Assembly (NCBI GenBank): GCA_947507965.1
Contig: CANNQU010000004.1
Location: 15,652-79,651 of the forward strand
Length of the DNA: 64,000 bases
Reading direction: 5' to 3'
DNA from: Bacteroidota bacterium
Lineage (GTDB): Bacteria; Bacteroidota; Bacteroidia; UKL13-3
Shown here: positions 29,569 through 38,556 of the stretch, one piece after another
Numbering within the stretch: the first letter of the stretch is position 1
How the letters are laid out: each line of letters begins with the position of its first letter
The notes under the pieces: generated by a model
Databases searched by the model: none
Told to the model about the DNA's origin: nothing
What the model saw: only the letters and a program-made list of their open reading frames with translations
Program-made: the position numbers and the translations under genes

Positions 29569-31104
29569 ATGGCAAATACCAAAAGATTATTCATTTTATT
29601 CGTCCTCTTTCTATTTGTTTTCAAATTTTTTCTTAATTCCCAGTCCCTTTCTAAAATTAATAAACCATTCAATAAATTTCATATTCATGGTGCTTGGAAA
29701 CATCCAGATAATACGGAGAGTTATTCTCCATCCGGTACAACTTTACCCAAATTTGAATGGGCAAATGCAATGGGTGGTAAATTGAATGACTTTCCTAAAG
29801 GCGTCACAGTTGATGCATCAGGAAATGTTTATACTACCGGATACTTTTATGGAACGGCCGATTTCGACCCGGGTCCGGGAACTTTTAATTTAACTTCGAA
29901 AGGAAGTTCTGAAAGTTTTATTTCAAAATTGGATGCGAAAGGAAATTTTATATGGGCTAAGAAGCTCGGATTGGGAGAAGGAATTTCAATCGCAGTGGAT
30001 GTAGCAGGAAATATTTATACTACCGGAAGTTTTTCCGGTACTGCTGATTTTGACCCGGGTGATGGTGTATTTAACCTCATAGCATTTGGATCAAAAAGTA
30101 TTTTCATTTCAAAATTAACCAGTGCAGGAAATTTTGAATGGGCCAAATGTATCGGTGGAATTGGTTCCAGCAGCGGAAATTCCATTAAACTTGATGCAGT
30201 CGGAAATGTATTTGTTTCAGGATATTATTCGAGAAGGGTGGATTTCGATCCCGGAATTGATTCCTTCTTTTTAAAATCTGCGGGTGATTATGGAGACGTC
30301 TTCGTTTCCAAGTTTGATTCAAAAGGGAATTTTAACTGGGTAAAGAGTATGGGCGGAAAAGATGAGGATATTGCCTATGATATGCAACTTGATGCAACCG
30401 GTAACATTTATATCGCCGGAACATTCCATGGGTCGGGAGATTTTGATCCTGGTTCGGCTGTAACCACTTTAACCTCTGCGGGCGATGAAGATATTTTCAT
30501 CACTAAATTAAATGAAAAAGGAATCTTGCTTTGGTCAAAAAGAATCGGAGGTACTTCATCAGAACGAGCTCTTTCACTTGCCGTTGATAAAAAGGGAAGC
30601 GTTTTTGTTACAGGATATTTTGCAGGCACAGTTGATTTTGATCCGGGTGAAAATACATTCAATTTAACCGGGTCGCAAAATGGAGAAGCTTTTATACTTA
30701 AACTTACTAACGTAGGAAATCTTGCATGGGCTAAAAATTATTCGAGCACGCAGTATTGTATAGGGAATTCCATCGCAACGGGTGTTTCAGGGGATATTTA
30801 TTTAACAGGAGTGTTTGCAAAAACAACAGATTTCGACCCAGGTAAAGAAATATTTAATGTAACTTCCGCTGGAGGTAAGGATATTTTCATTTCGAAATTA
30901 GATGCTTCAGGAAAGTTTGTTTGGGCAACATCAATAGGAGCAGCAGGAAGAGATGAAGGAGCATCGATTAATGTTGATAAAGCCGGCAATATTTATGCTA
31001 CCGGTTTCTTTTCAGAAACTGTTGATTTCGATCCGGGCACCGGAAAATCTAATCTTACTTCGGGCGGACAACTAGATTTTTTTGTTTTGAAATTGGGAAA
31101 ATAA
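29569..31104 (+). CDS. SBBP-repeat beta-propeller protein
   Basis: Signal peptide; seven ~60-aa repeats VD..GN.Y.TG.F.GT.DFDPG....LTS.G..D.FISKL...G...WA. Confidence 0.88.
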   Translation: MANTKRLFILFVLFLFVFKFFLNSQSLSKINKPFNKFHIHGAWKHPDNTESYSPSGTTLPKFEWANAMGGKLNDFPKGVTVDASGNVYTTGYFYGTADFDPGPGTFNLTSKGSSESFISKLDAKGNFIWAKKLGLGEGISIAVDVAGNIYTTGSFSGTADFDPGDGVFNLIAFGSKSIFISKLTSAGNFEWAKCIGGIGSSSGNSIKLDAVGNVFVSGYYSRRVDFDPGIDSFFLKSAGDYGDVFVSKFDSKGNFNWVKSMGGKDEDIAYDMQLDATGNIYIAGTFHGSGDFDPGSAVTTLTSAGDEDIFITKLNEKGILLWSKRIGGTSSERALSLAVDKKGSVFVTGYFAGTVDFDPGENTFNLTGSQNGEAFILKLTNVGNLAWAKNYSSTQYCIGNSIATGVSGDIYLTGVFAKTTDFDPGKEIFNVTSAGGKDIFISKLDASGKFVWATSIGAAGRDEGASINVDKAGNIYATGFFSETVDFDPGTGKSNLTSGGQLDFFVLKLGK

Positions 31105-31229
31105 TAGCAATCTTTTCGCCATTTACTATTTGTTGAAGTTCTCGATTTTGAAATAAAATAAAGGAGGAAGTATCCCTGAATTATTTAGATTTGCAAGTAT
31201 AAAGACTTTTAAATGACGGTTAAATAAAA

Positions 31230-31639
31230 CACAGAGAGCACCGGATGTTTGGGATTGATTAATTCTTTGCGGTAATTCATATCCCCAGTTTCTTGCAACT
31301 TTTTTTTTAAAAAGTCATTTTCTACTTTTAGCTGCCCGATCTGGGCATAAAGTTTCTCCACATCAACGGAATCGGAGGTGTCGGAAATAGATGATTCTTT
31401 CTGGAAAACCACCGCCATATTCGTGAGAAAGTCGGTTTTCCATTTTGAGATCATAACAGCATTTACTTCAAAATGCTGACTCAATTCGGCTAGAGTCTTT
31501 TGGTTTTTAATCGCTTCTAAGGCCACCTTGGCCTTAAATTCAGCTGTGAATTTGCGTCGGGTTTGTTTGGTCATTTGGTGTAGTAAAATTAGTGATTTTT
31601 TTAACTAAACCGTTGGTGCTATTTTTGGGGAGTATTACA
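31230..31639 (-). mobile_element. Truncated IS3-family element (left end, orfA and start of orfB)
   Basis: Terminus TGTAATACTCCCCAAAAATAGCACCA at 31639; OrfA RRKFTAEFKAKVALEA...LYAQIGQLKVENDFLKK; slippery A-run; OrfB start RKELINPKHPVLSV then breaks off with no DDE domain. Confidence 0.88.
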
Positions 31640-31826
31640 GTATTCATCAAAATGAGACAGGTATTTTATTTCTTCAGGGATGATTTTGGTAAGGGTTTCC
31701 AATACGCAATCAAAAAGAAATTCTGCATGTTTGGTTGCATCAAAAAAGCGATAATAATCCAAAGTGTTATTCATCACCTCAATATTATGCTTGGAAGTTT
31801 CTTCCCATTCAATAAATTCAAGTAAC
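31640..31826 (-). pseudogene. Internal fragment of a Fic-family protein gene
   Basis: LLEFIEWEET...DYYRFFDATKHAEFLFDCV.ET...IIPEEIKYL..FDEY resembles the C-terminal part of long Fic proteins (recognised from memory). Cut by the IS3 terminus, with no HPFxxGNGR motif. Confidence 0.7.
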
Positions 31827-31851
31827 GGTTCAGCTGGTACCGAAATATCCA
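31827..31851 (+). mobile_element. IS21-like terminal remnant
   Basis: GGTTCAGCTGGTACCGAAATATCCA, 21/25 identical to 43268..43292 and ending in CA. Confidence 0.55.
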
Positions 31852-31910
31852 GATGAGCGACCGGGGTGTTACTATTGTTGACATCTAAATTGAAAACTGT
31901 TCGTCCAAAA

Positions 31911-33038
31911 CTAGTGTAAAGCAAATTCCTTCTTTGATAAAATAATTCGTATTTTTTTATTTAGAGGCTCCTCAACAATAAAGAAAAGGAGAAATGAAAG
32001 TGAATTTAACAGTATGAAATTAAGACCCACAGAAAACGAGAGACATCTTTCTATAACAGTGGCTATGACTCCAAAATGAATGAGATAGAAAGCGTATGAT
32101 GATTTACCAAGCATAAAAAAGAGTTTACTTGATAATATTTTAGAAATGATTGTCTTTTCGGTAATTAATCCCGAAATAAAAATAGCAGTACATATTGGCA
32201 GTAAGAAAAGATTTATAAATGCAACTAAAATTCCAGTCACGGGAATATATTCTTTAATACAATACTTATGCTGAGTCAAATAAACATTTGCGCATAACAA
32301 TAAGACAATAATTAGCAGCGATAAATATGTTTTTATCCTACTATAATGGATTAATGCGAATGTTTTTTTTCTATAAATATAAACGCTTAAACAAGCGCCA
32401 ATAAGAAACTCTGCAATTCGACCAAAATAGGTATAAGTAAACATGTATCTGAGGCTCTCATTGAAGGAAATGTGATCTATTTTTACTTGAAAACAAATAA
32501 ATAAAATCCCAAATAGGTACGCTACAAATAATATACTAAATAACCTTGTCTTGGTTAGAAAAAGAAAGATAAGAGGCGCTGTAAAATAGAAACACTCTTC
32601 CACTGTAAGGCTCCACCCTTGTTCAATTCCTGTGAATATGTAATAATGTGAGAACGCTTTTAATAATGTGATATTAAAACAGAATGCCAAATAATTATTA
32701 CTATTATTATCAATAAAAAGAGTATTGCTTAAAACAAAAGTAAGTACCGTTAGAAAAAAGTATAATGGATAAATACGTGCAATACGATTAATTATGTAAT
32801 TCCTCCATGTGCTATAAAGGCAAAAGTTATACTCGGAGTATCGATAACTGATCAAAAAACCACTTAAAACAAAAAATATACTCACACCATAATTTAAAGA
32901 GAGTATAAACTCTTTTAAAAAGATATTTTCTATCTTTATTTGCTCATGTTGCAACAAATGATGCATATATACCATATATGCTGCAATGATGCGTAGACCT
33001 GTAATGGATTTGATATAGTGGTCGTTTCGAAGTGCCAT
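31911..33038 (-). CDS. Acyltransferase-3 (OafA/Oac-like) O-acyltransferase
   Basis: ITGLR.IAA.MV..HH, VSIFFVLSGFLI, RIARIYP, WSLTVEECFY, GKSSYAFYLIH. Confidence 0.92.
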   Translation of the reverse strand: MALRNDHYIKSITGLRIIAAYMVYMHHLLQHEQIKIENIFLKEFILSLNYGVSIFFVLSGFLISYRYSEYNFCLYSTWRNYIINRIARIYPLYFFLTVLTFVLSNTLFIDNNSNNYLAFCFNITLLKAFSHYYIFTGIEQGWSLTVEECFYFTAPLIFLFLTKTRLFSILFVAYLFGILFICFQVKIDHISFNESLRYMFTYTYFGRIAEFLIGACLSVYIYRKKTFALIHYSRIKTYLSLLIIVLLLCANVYLTQHKYCIKEYIPVTGILVAFINLFLLPICTAIFISGLITEKTIISKILSSKLFFMLGKSSYAFYLIHFGVIATVIERCLSFSVGLNFILLNSLSFLLFFIVEEPLNKKIRIILSKKEFALH

Positions 33039-33150
33039 TATTATATACTAATCTTAAATAAATTTTGGGAAAACCCAAATCAAATTATTCAACAAACACA
33101 CAGCACAATCTAAAAAATGCCATAATCTAAATCAGTGGTATTATCATTAC

Positions 33151-35148
33151 TCAGTGGTTTTGCTTTAATAGCTCCAAATTCTCTTGCGGGGTCTGTTCTA
33201 ATACCTTATATACAATACTACTGTCTAGAACTATCTGTGGCAACAATACTGCATTTAGTTCTTTACAGAGAGTTACTCCTTCTTCAACATATACCCAATG
33301 AACACTAAAATCTCTTAAAAATTTTATTTGGGCGGACTCTATAGAAATCAAAGGGTTTTCGTATCGACATTTTCTAAGGTAAATATAAAATGGAGCCTGC
33401 TTAATCATCTCGAAAAAAAAGTACTGAGACGATGCGTTGTACTTCAAACCTATAAATGAAGTGTCAAGATCAAAAATGGAAAGATCAGCTGTCCGACTAA
33501 AATAAGGTGATATTCCCAGAGCGTCCTGTACAACCTCATCATTTGAAAAAAGGTAAATACTATTGTTACTAGATGGTTTGCAAAAATAAGCAACTTTATC
33601 CTGGGCATTAGCAGAAATTTGCTGAAGCTTTAACTCCTCTGCTAAGGTTTTAGCTTTGAAGAGGTGGTTTATAGTTAAAGGATGCGTAAACAAATTAAGA
33701 ACAATAATTATAAGTACTAAAAACCGTAACTCAACAAACATTAACAGCGTGGCAAGCAGTTTAACAATTAGAATTACCAAAAACGGGTAGAACATCATTA
33801 ACCAAAACTGAAAGGAGTCAGTAGATATAAATGGCAGACACCCCCATGCTAAAATTGGGAGAAGTAAAAAAACAAGAATATTGCTATAGGTGTATGAAGT
33901 GGAATTAATTACTACCAGCAGCTTGATTTTTTGCCATTTATACAGATATATAAGCAATGCAATTATAATTATTCCGTAGATAAAAATTGTTTTGACAAAA
34001 TAAAGTATAGCAACTCCTCCTATATTAATAAGCGTTCGAGAATATAGCAACCAATCAAATTGCTTTTGGTTTGTTTCGAACTTCATCAAATCCAAATCTA
34101 CCCAGGTTGTTTTTTCGGTTTCAGGAAGATACCCATATTTAAAAATTAAAATAACAACCGATATTCCTAAAATAGCTACAGCAATATATAGTGTTTTAAT
34201 TATAATATTTTTTGCGAGATAATCTTTACAAAGAATTAGAAATGAAATTGGAAGTATACTTAAACAAGGAGCATAAAATAGACTTAGCAGCCCACAACCA
34301 ATTGAAAATGCAACATAACTTTTATGAAATAATTGAAGCTCAATAAACAATAAAAAAAGCAGTACAATGCTTAACTTTGGCAAAGCTAAATATGTTACAT
34401 CCCCCCAAAATTCAGAAAAATATCCTAGTTGTAGAGGAAAAAGCTGTCCTAATGGCCCAATAAATAATGAGGTAAACGAAATTATAACTATCCAATAGAT
34501 GGATAGTTTAAATTTTTTTTCTAATAACGCGGCAACACCTAAAACAGTAAGACTAAGTATTTGCCCATAAGCGAAAACAACTAGGGCAATTTCCGCTTTG
34601 CAGCCATACATATTAATAGCTATAGCACTGAGCCAATGTTCACCATAATGATACGGCTCTGGGCGATGATAAAAGGGGAAAAAATAATCAACACACCTGT
34701 TTTCTATGCCGTAGTAATTTATGAAATCAGATATTTTGGAGTAGATCATAAAATCACCTTTTAAATGTTGTTCAATTCCAGGTTGGGGGTAAAAGTGTAG
34801 CCAGAGGAAAGCCGTCAACAAAATGTTGACAGTCGCTAAGTATAAAATTACGTGGAAAGGCGCATAGTCTTGATTTCTTACAATTCTATTAATTGATTTG
34901 AATTGTTTTTTTATGAAAATTATCAAAATGATTATTGAAATGGGAACTAGTGCCAAAATAGTATTGCCGTCTGTTTGAACAATAGCATATAAACTTACTA
35001 CAAAAAGAAATCCCAAAACACTCTTCATAAAGGCACTATAAAAAGGAGATTCGGACTGATCATCGACTCTAAGAATTTTAAATAAAAGATGAGTTATTAG
35101 GTAATAAAGTAGGAGATGCAAAAGATTTAAAAGACCAGAGAATATCAT
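33151..35148 (-). CDS. Polytopic membrane protein of unknown function (possible GT-C glycosyltransferase)
   Basis: More than 12 TM segments; loop with GD...Y and PYHYGEHWL; soluble C-terminal domain; lies in a glycan operon. Confidence 0.6.
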   Translation of the reverse strand: MIFSGLLNLLHLLLYYLITHLLFKILRVDDQSESPFYSAFMKSVLGFLFVVSLYAIVQTDGNTILALVPISIIILIIFIKKQFKSINRIVRNQDYAPFHVILYLATVNILLTAFLWLHFYPQPGIEQHLKGDFMIYSKISDFINYYGIENRCVDYFFPFYHRPEPYHYGEHWLSAIAINMYGCKAEIALVVFAYGQILSLTVLGVAALLEKKFKLSIYWIVIISFTSLFIGPLGQLFPLQLGYFSEFWGDVTYLALPKLSIVLLFLLFIELQLFHKSYVAFSIGCGLLSLFYAPCLSILPISFLILCKDYLAKNIIIKTLYIAVAILGISVVILIFKYGYLPETEKTTWVDLDLMKFETNQKQFDWLLYSRTLINIGGVAILYFVKTIFIYGIIIIALLIYLYKWQKIKLLVVINSTSYTYSNILVFLLLPILAWGCLPFISTDSFQFWLMMFYPFLVILIVKLLATLLMFVELRFLVLIIIVLNLFTHPLTINHLFKAKTLAEELKLQQISANAQDKVAYFCKPSSNNSIYLFSNDEVVQDALGISPYFSRTADLSIFDLDTSFIGLKYNASSQYFFFEMIKQAPFYIYLRKCRYENPLISIESAQIKFLRDFSVHWVYVEEGVTLCKELNAVLLPQIVLDSSIVYKVLEQTPQENLELLKQNH

Positions 35149-35157
35149 AGTGGTTTA

Positions 35158-36270
35158 TTATAAAACTTGTACTTGATTTAAAGTGTTTTCTTTTTTCGCT
35201 TTACTATATAAAAAACAAAAACCTAGCATTACTTCTAGTGCTCCTAGGTTACCCGGGGTCATTATCGGCGCGGTGAGAATAAAAAAATAAACAAAGATCA
35301 GAAGCGCCTTTCCTTCACTAGATGTTTTGAAGTAAAAATAAATAAAGAGCAACAGATAAAAGATCAACGAAATTAGGCCCTGTTCTACAAGAACTTGAAG
35401 ATAAAAATTATGAACCTGTAAACTTTCACCATCCATAACCAATGAACGACCGATACCGAACCATAAATTATTTCGCACAATTGGATAGGCAATTTCTCGC
35501 AATTCCTTTCTTCCTGAATCACTTCCCTTTCTTTCGTCAAAATCGGAGGCAGTCCAAAATTTCAGAAACAGAAATGCTATGATGGGAATAAGAATTATAT
35601 AAATCGTCCTCTGCTTTTTACTTTTTACCCCAATCGTTTTATAGACAAAGAAGGCGAAGAAATATGCAAGCATTCCACCACGATTGCCAGATAGGATTAA
35701 CGTAATAAGCAAGAACAATATCAGATAAATTCGGAATTTTCCTCGATAAGAAAATTGAATGAGTAGAAGAATTAAACCTGTAAAATAACCCAAGGCATTT
35801 TTATCACTATAGAGTCCACTAATATATGTTATTATTAGTCCTCGTTTTTGGAAGGCATAGCGCTCAATCCACGGTGGGGGAGGATTATAGTTAAATATTA
35901 TAAAACCCCAAGCAATAATTAAATTAATCAGAGTAAAGTAAACTGTGATTTTTAAGTAATTTTCATAGTTAATTTTGAAACTGTAATTAAGAAAATAAAA
36001 GCAAATACTTAGGTGAATCATTGTTATAATTATAGCTCCACGATTTCCCTGAAATCCACCTGCTGCCGATGAAAGCAGCACACAAAGCCCACCTATTATT
36101 GTGATAGGATGAAGAATAGTTCCTTTGAAATTGGTTAAAACTGCTATCAGAAAAAATATCACGAGATAGGCTATATTTAGATAGGCCATGTCAAAATTTA
36201 AGACTCTTGTTACTGCTAAATTTTGAAGCATACTTGCAATAAGACTTAAATAGAAAAACAGGTTTATCAT
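35158..36270 (-). CDS. O-antigen polymerase/ligase family (Wzy/WaaL-like)
   Basis: About 10 TMs; G.Y.DKNALG, SGNRGG, SGR...FGIG...VHNFYLQVLVEQG. Confidence 0.85.
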   Translation of the reverse strand: MINLFFYLSLIASMLQNLAVTRVLNFDMAYLNIAYLVIFFLIAVLTNFKGTILHPITIIGGLCVLLSSAAGGFQGNRGAIIITMIHLSICFYFLNYSFKINYENYLKITVYFTLINLIIAWGFIIFNYNPPPPWIERYAFQKRGLIITYISGLYSDKNALGYFTGLILLLIQFSYRGKFRIYLILFLLITLILSGNRGGMLAYFFAFFVYKTIGVKSKKQRTIYIILIPIIAFLFLKFWTASDFDERKGSDSGRKELREIAYPIVRNNLWFGIGRSLVMDGESLQVHNFYLQVLVEQGLISLIFYLLLFIYFYFKTSSEGKALLIFVYFFILTAPIMTPGNLGALEVMLGFCFLYSKAKKENTLNQVQVL

Positions 36271-36286
36271 TTCTCAGAATAATCAA

Positions 36287-37468
36287 TTAATATAAAATAG
36301 CATACAACTTTGCTATTGCGGCATAGCTAAACTCCTCAACTGCTTTATTTCGAGCGGAATCAGACATCTCCCCCCCTTTACTTATACAAAAAACCATACC
36401 TTTATTAAGTTTAGTAGCATTCATTTTCTCCGCTAAATACCCATTTCGTTCATGTGTAATCATGTCTGGCATGCCACCGATATTAAAAGCAACTACAGGG
36501 GTTCCACAAGCCAAAGATTCTAATACGGTACATGGGAAATTATCTTCAAGACTAGGTGCAACAAATACATCTGCCGCACTATAGGTTAGTGCTAAAGTAT
36601 AATCATCCTTTAGTAATCCGAGGTAATTTACTTTTTTCTTCAACCCGAAGTCGGCACTGTTATTATTACCAAAAATAACAACCTCAAAATCTTCATTTTC
36701 TATCGCGTTTACGGCCTCTCTAAAATAAGTAAATCCTTTATTGGGATCTCCTATAACAACTGCACCAAACAGGATGAGCTTTTTGTTAATGGGTAAGTTT
36801 AATTTCTCTCGTGCTGTTTTTTTGTCAAAAGACTGGTACTTTTCTAGATCAATACAATTCGGAATTTGAATAATCTTAAATCCTCTAAACATTGGAGCAA
36901 TAGATGCTCGATCAAACATCCATCGGCTAACACATATTATGGTGGGATTCATTTCTTCCAAAATCTCCCGCTTTTTTAAAAAAATTCGCCTACTTAAATC
37001 GTTTGCATTTTTACTATTCAATTGTGGACAATTGCCACAACCACTCTTCCATAGGTCACAGCCGTGGGTTACATGGCATCCGCCGCTCAGCCACCAGCTA
37101 TCGTGCATATTTATGAATACTTTCTTCTTCAGAGAGGCTAAATATTTCATGTCTTTAAAACCCATGTACCCTTGATGTACCCAATGCAAATGAATAATGT
37201 CTGCTTCTCTTACAATCTTATACCGATTCATCCCGATTCCTATATTCGCAGTACTAAAAGCGGTTTTCGGATTCCGATTGTAAAAAAGCAACGGGATTTT
37301 ATCGAAATAAGACCTGAAAAGAACTCTAAACTTATCCCATTTAGTGTTTGTGCTTACATCAAGCCGATCACTTTGCATACCGGCCCTTTGTAGTGCTTCA
37401 TTTAACGTTCGGGCCGCTTTTCCTGCTCCACCAGGAATCGTATTATTTGATAGGTGAAGTATTTTCAT
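36287..37468 (-). CDS. Glycosyltransferase family 4 (WcaC-like)
   Basis: GGAGKAA, DIIHLHW, HD.W..SGGCH...C..W..GC..CP, PSLEDNFPCTVLESLACGTPVV. Confidence 0.93.
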   Translation of the reverse strand: MKILHLSNNTIPGGAGKAARTLNEALQRAGMQSDRLDVSTNTKWDKFRVLFRSYFDKIPLLFYNRNPKTAFSTANIGIGMNRYKIVREADIIHLHWVHQGYMGFKDMKYLASLKKKVFINMHDSWWLSGGCHVTHGCDLWKSGCGNCPQLNSKNANDLSRRIFLKKREILEEMNPTIICVSRWMFDRASIAPMFRGFKIIQIPNCIDLEKYQSFDKKTAREKLNLPINKKLILFGAVVIGDPNKGFTYFREAVNAIENEDFEVVIFGNNNSADFGLKKKVNYLGLLKDDYTLALTYSAADVFVAPSLEDNFPCTVLESLACGTPVVAFNIGGMPDMITHERNGYLAEKMNATKLNKGMVFCISKGGEMSDSARNKAVEEFSYAAIAKLYAILY

Positions 37469-37816
37469 CAATCTAAACTTCTTTTTCTTTCGACAAATAT
37501 ATTCTTTAAAACATAGAAATTATTATACTTTTCAGTCAGGAATAAAAAACATGGTGAAACAGAATAAGTTCCAATGGACATTTCTTTCCGACAATTTCAT
37601 CTTTTATGGAATCCTAAAGGTGGAACTATTCTTTATTGGGTCATGTGAGGCCCAACATTTTTAACTTGCATTTTAAGAAATGCCTTAATCTTCTCTCCGC
37701 TGAGTATATGTCCTGGAAAGATATCCTGCCAAAACTTACCTTTAGATGCAAAGGCTTTGATATTCGTAAATATTTAATTTTCCCGTTGCTTGATTTGAGT
37801 TAACTTGCACCTAATT

Positions 37817-38527
37817 ATGGCGTTTATTAATTTTAGGTCTTTGGTATTGTTTGAAAACGAGAATTATATGGTGATAAACAAACCATCAAATCTTGCTACT
37901 TTAGATGACCGGGGTGAGTCGGAAAATGTTCTGCTTTTAGCAAGAAAATATTGTTTAGATGCACAGGTATGTCATCGGCTTGATAAAGAAACTAGTGGCG
38001 CTTTATTAATTTCCAAAAATGCAGAATCGTATCGTAATGCGGCTATGCAGTTTGAAGCAAGAAAAGTTCAAAAAATATACCACGCAATTGTCGCATCTCC
38101 ACGAAAATTTGACCAGTTGGTGGTTGACCTGCCCATTAAGCAAACAAGTACGGGTACTGTGAAAATTGATAAGCTGGACGGGAAAAAAGCGCTCTCTGTG
38201 TTTACTACACTTAAACTTTTTAAACACTATGCCTTGATTAAGTGTGAAATTTATACCGGTCGAATGCATCAGATCCGTATTCATCTTGCTTCACAAAATG
38301 CAAGTATCGCCTCAGATGTAATGTATAAAGGAAAAATACCAATGTTGTCAGAACTAAAAAGAAAATTTAAAAGTTCGGATGAAGTAGAAAAACCGATGAT
38401 CCAACGAGTTGCATTGCATGCCTATTCACTTAAGTTTCTTGATTTGGATGGAAAAGAAATTTCGATAGAAACACCTTACCCAAAAGACTTTGAAGTGTTT
38501 TTAAAGGTGTTAGAAAAATACGATTAA
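37817..38527 (+). CDS. RluA-family pseudouridine synthase
   Basis: VINKPS, HRLDKETSG, TGRMHQIRIH, ALHAYSL. Confidence 0.93.
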   Translation: MAFINFRSLVLFENENYMVINKPSNLATLDDRGESENVLLLARKYCLDAQVCHRLDKETSGALLISKNAESYRNAAMQFEARKVQKIYHAIVASPRKFDQLVVDLPIKQTSTGTVKIDKLDGKKALSVFTTLKLFKHYALIKCEIYTGRMHQIRIHLASQNASIASDVMYKGKIPMLSELKRKFKSSDEVEKPMIQRVALHAYSLKFLDLDGKEISIETPYPKDFEVFLKVLEKYD

Positions 38528-38556
38528 TAAGAATTTTATTAAAGCTCCTCTTTGTC

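Noticed and set aside
29740-31100. Regular ~180-nt repeats (GATTTCGATCC-like)
   Set aside because: These are coding repeats of the SBBP protein, not a CRISPR array; there are no cas genes or unique spacers.
31592-31924. ORF-track calls 31592..31825 (+) and 31619..31924 (-) as intact genes
   Set aside because: The first is antisense. The second is a chimera of intergenic DNA, an IS21-like end, a Fic fragment and the IS3 end.
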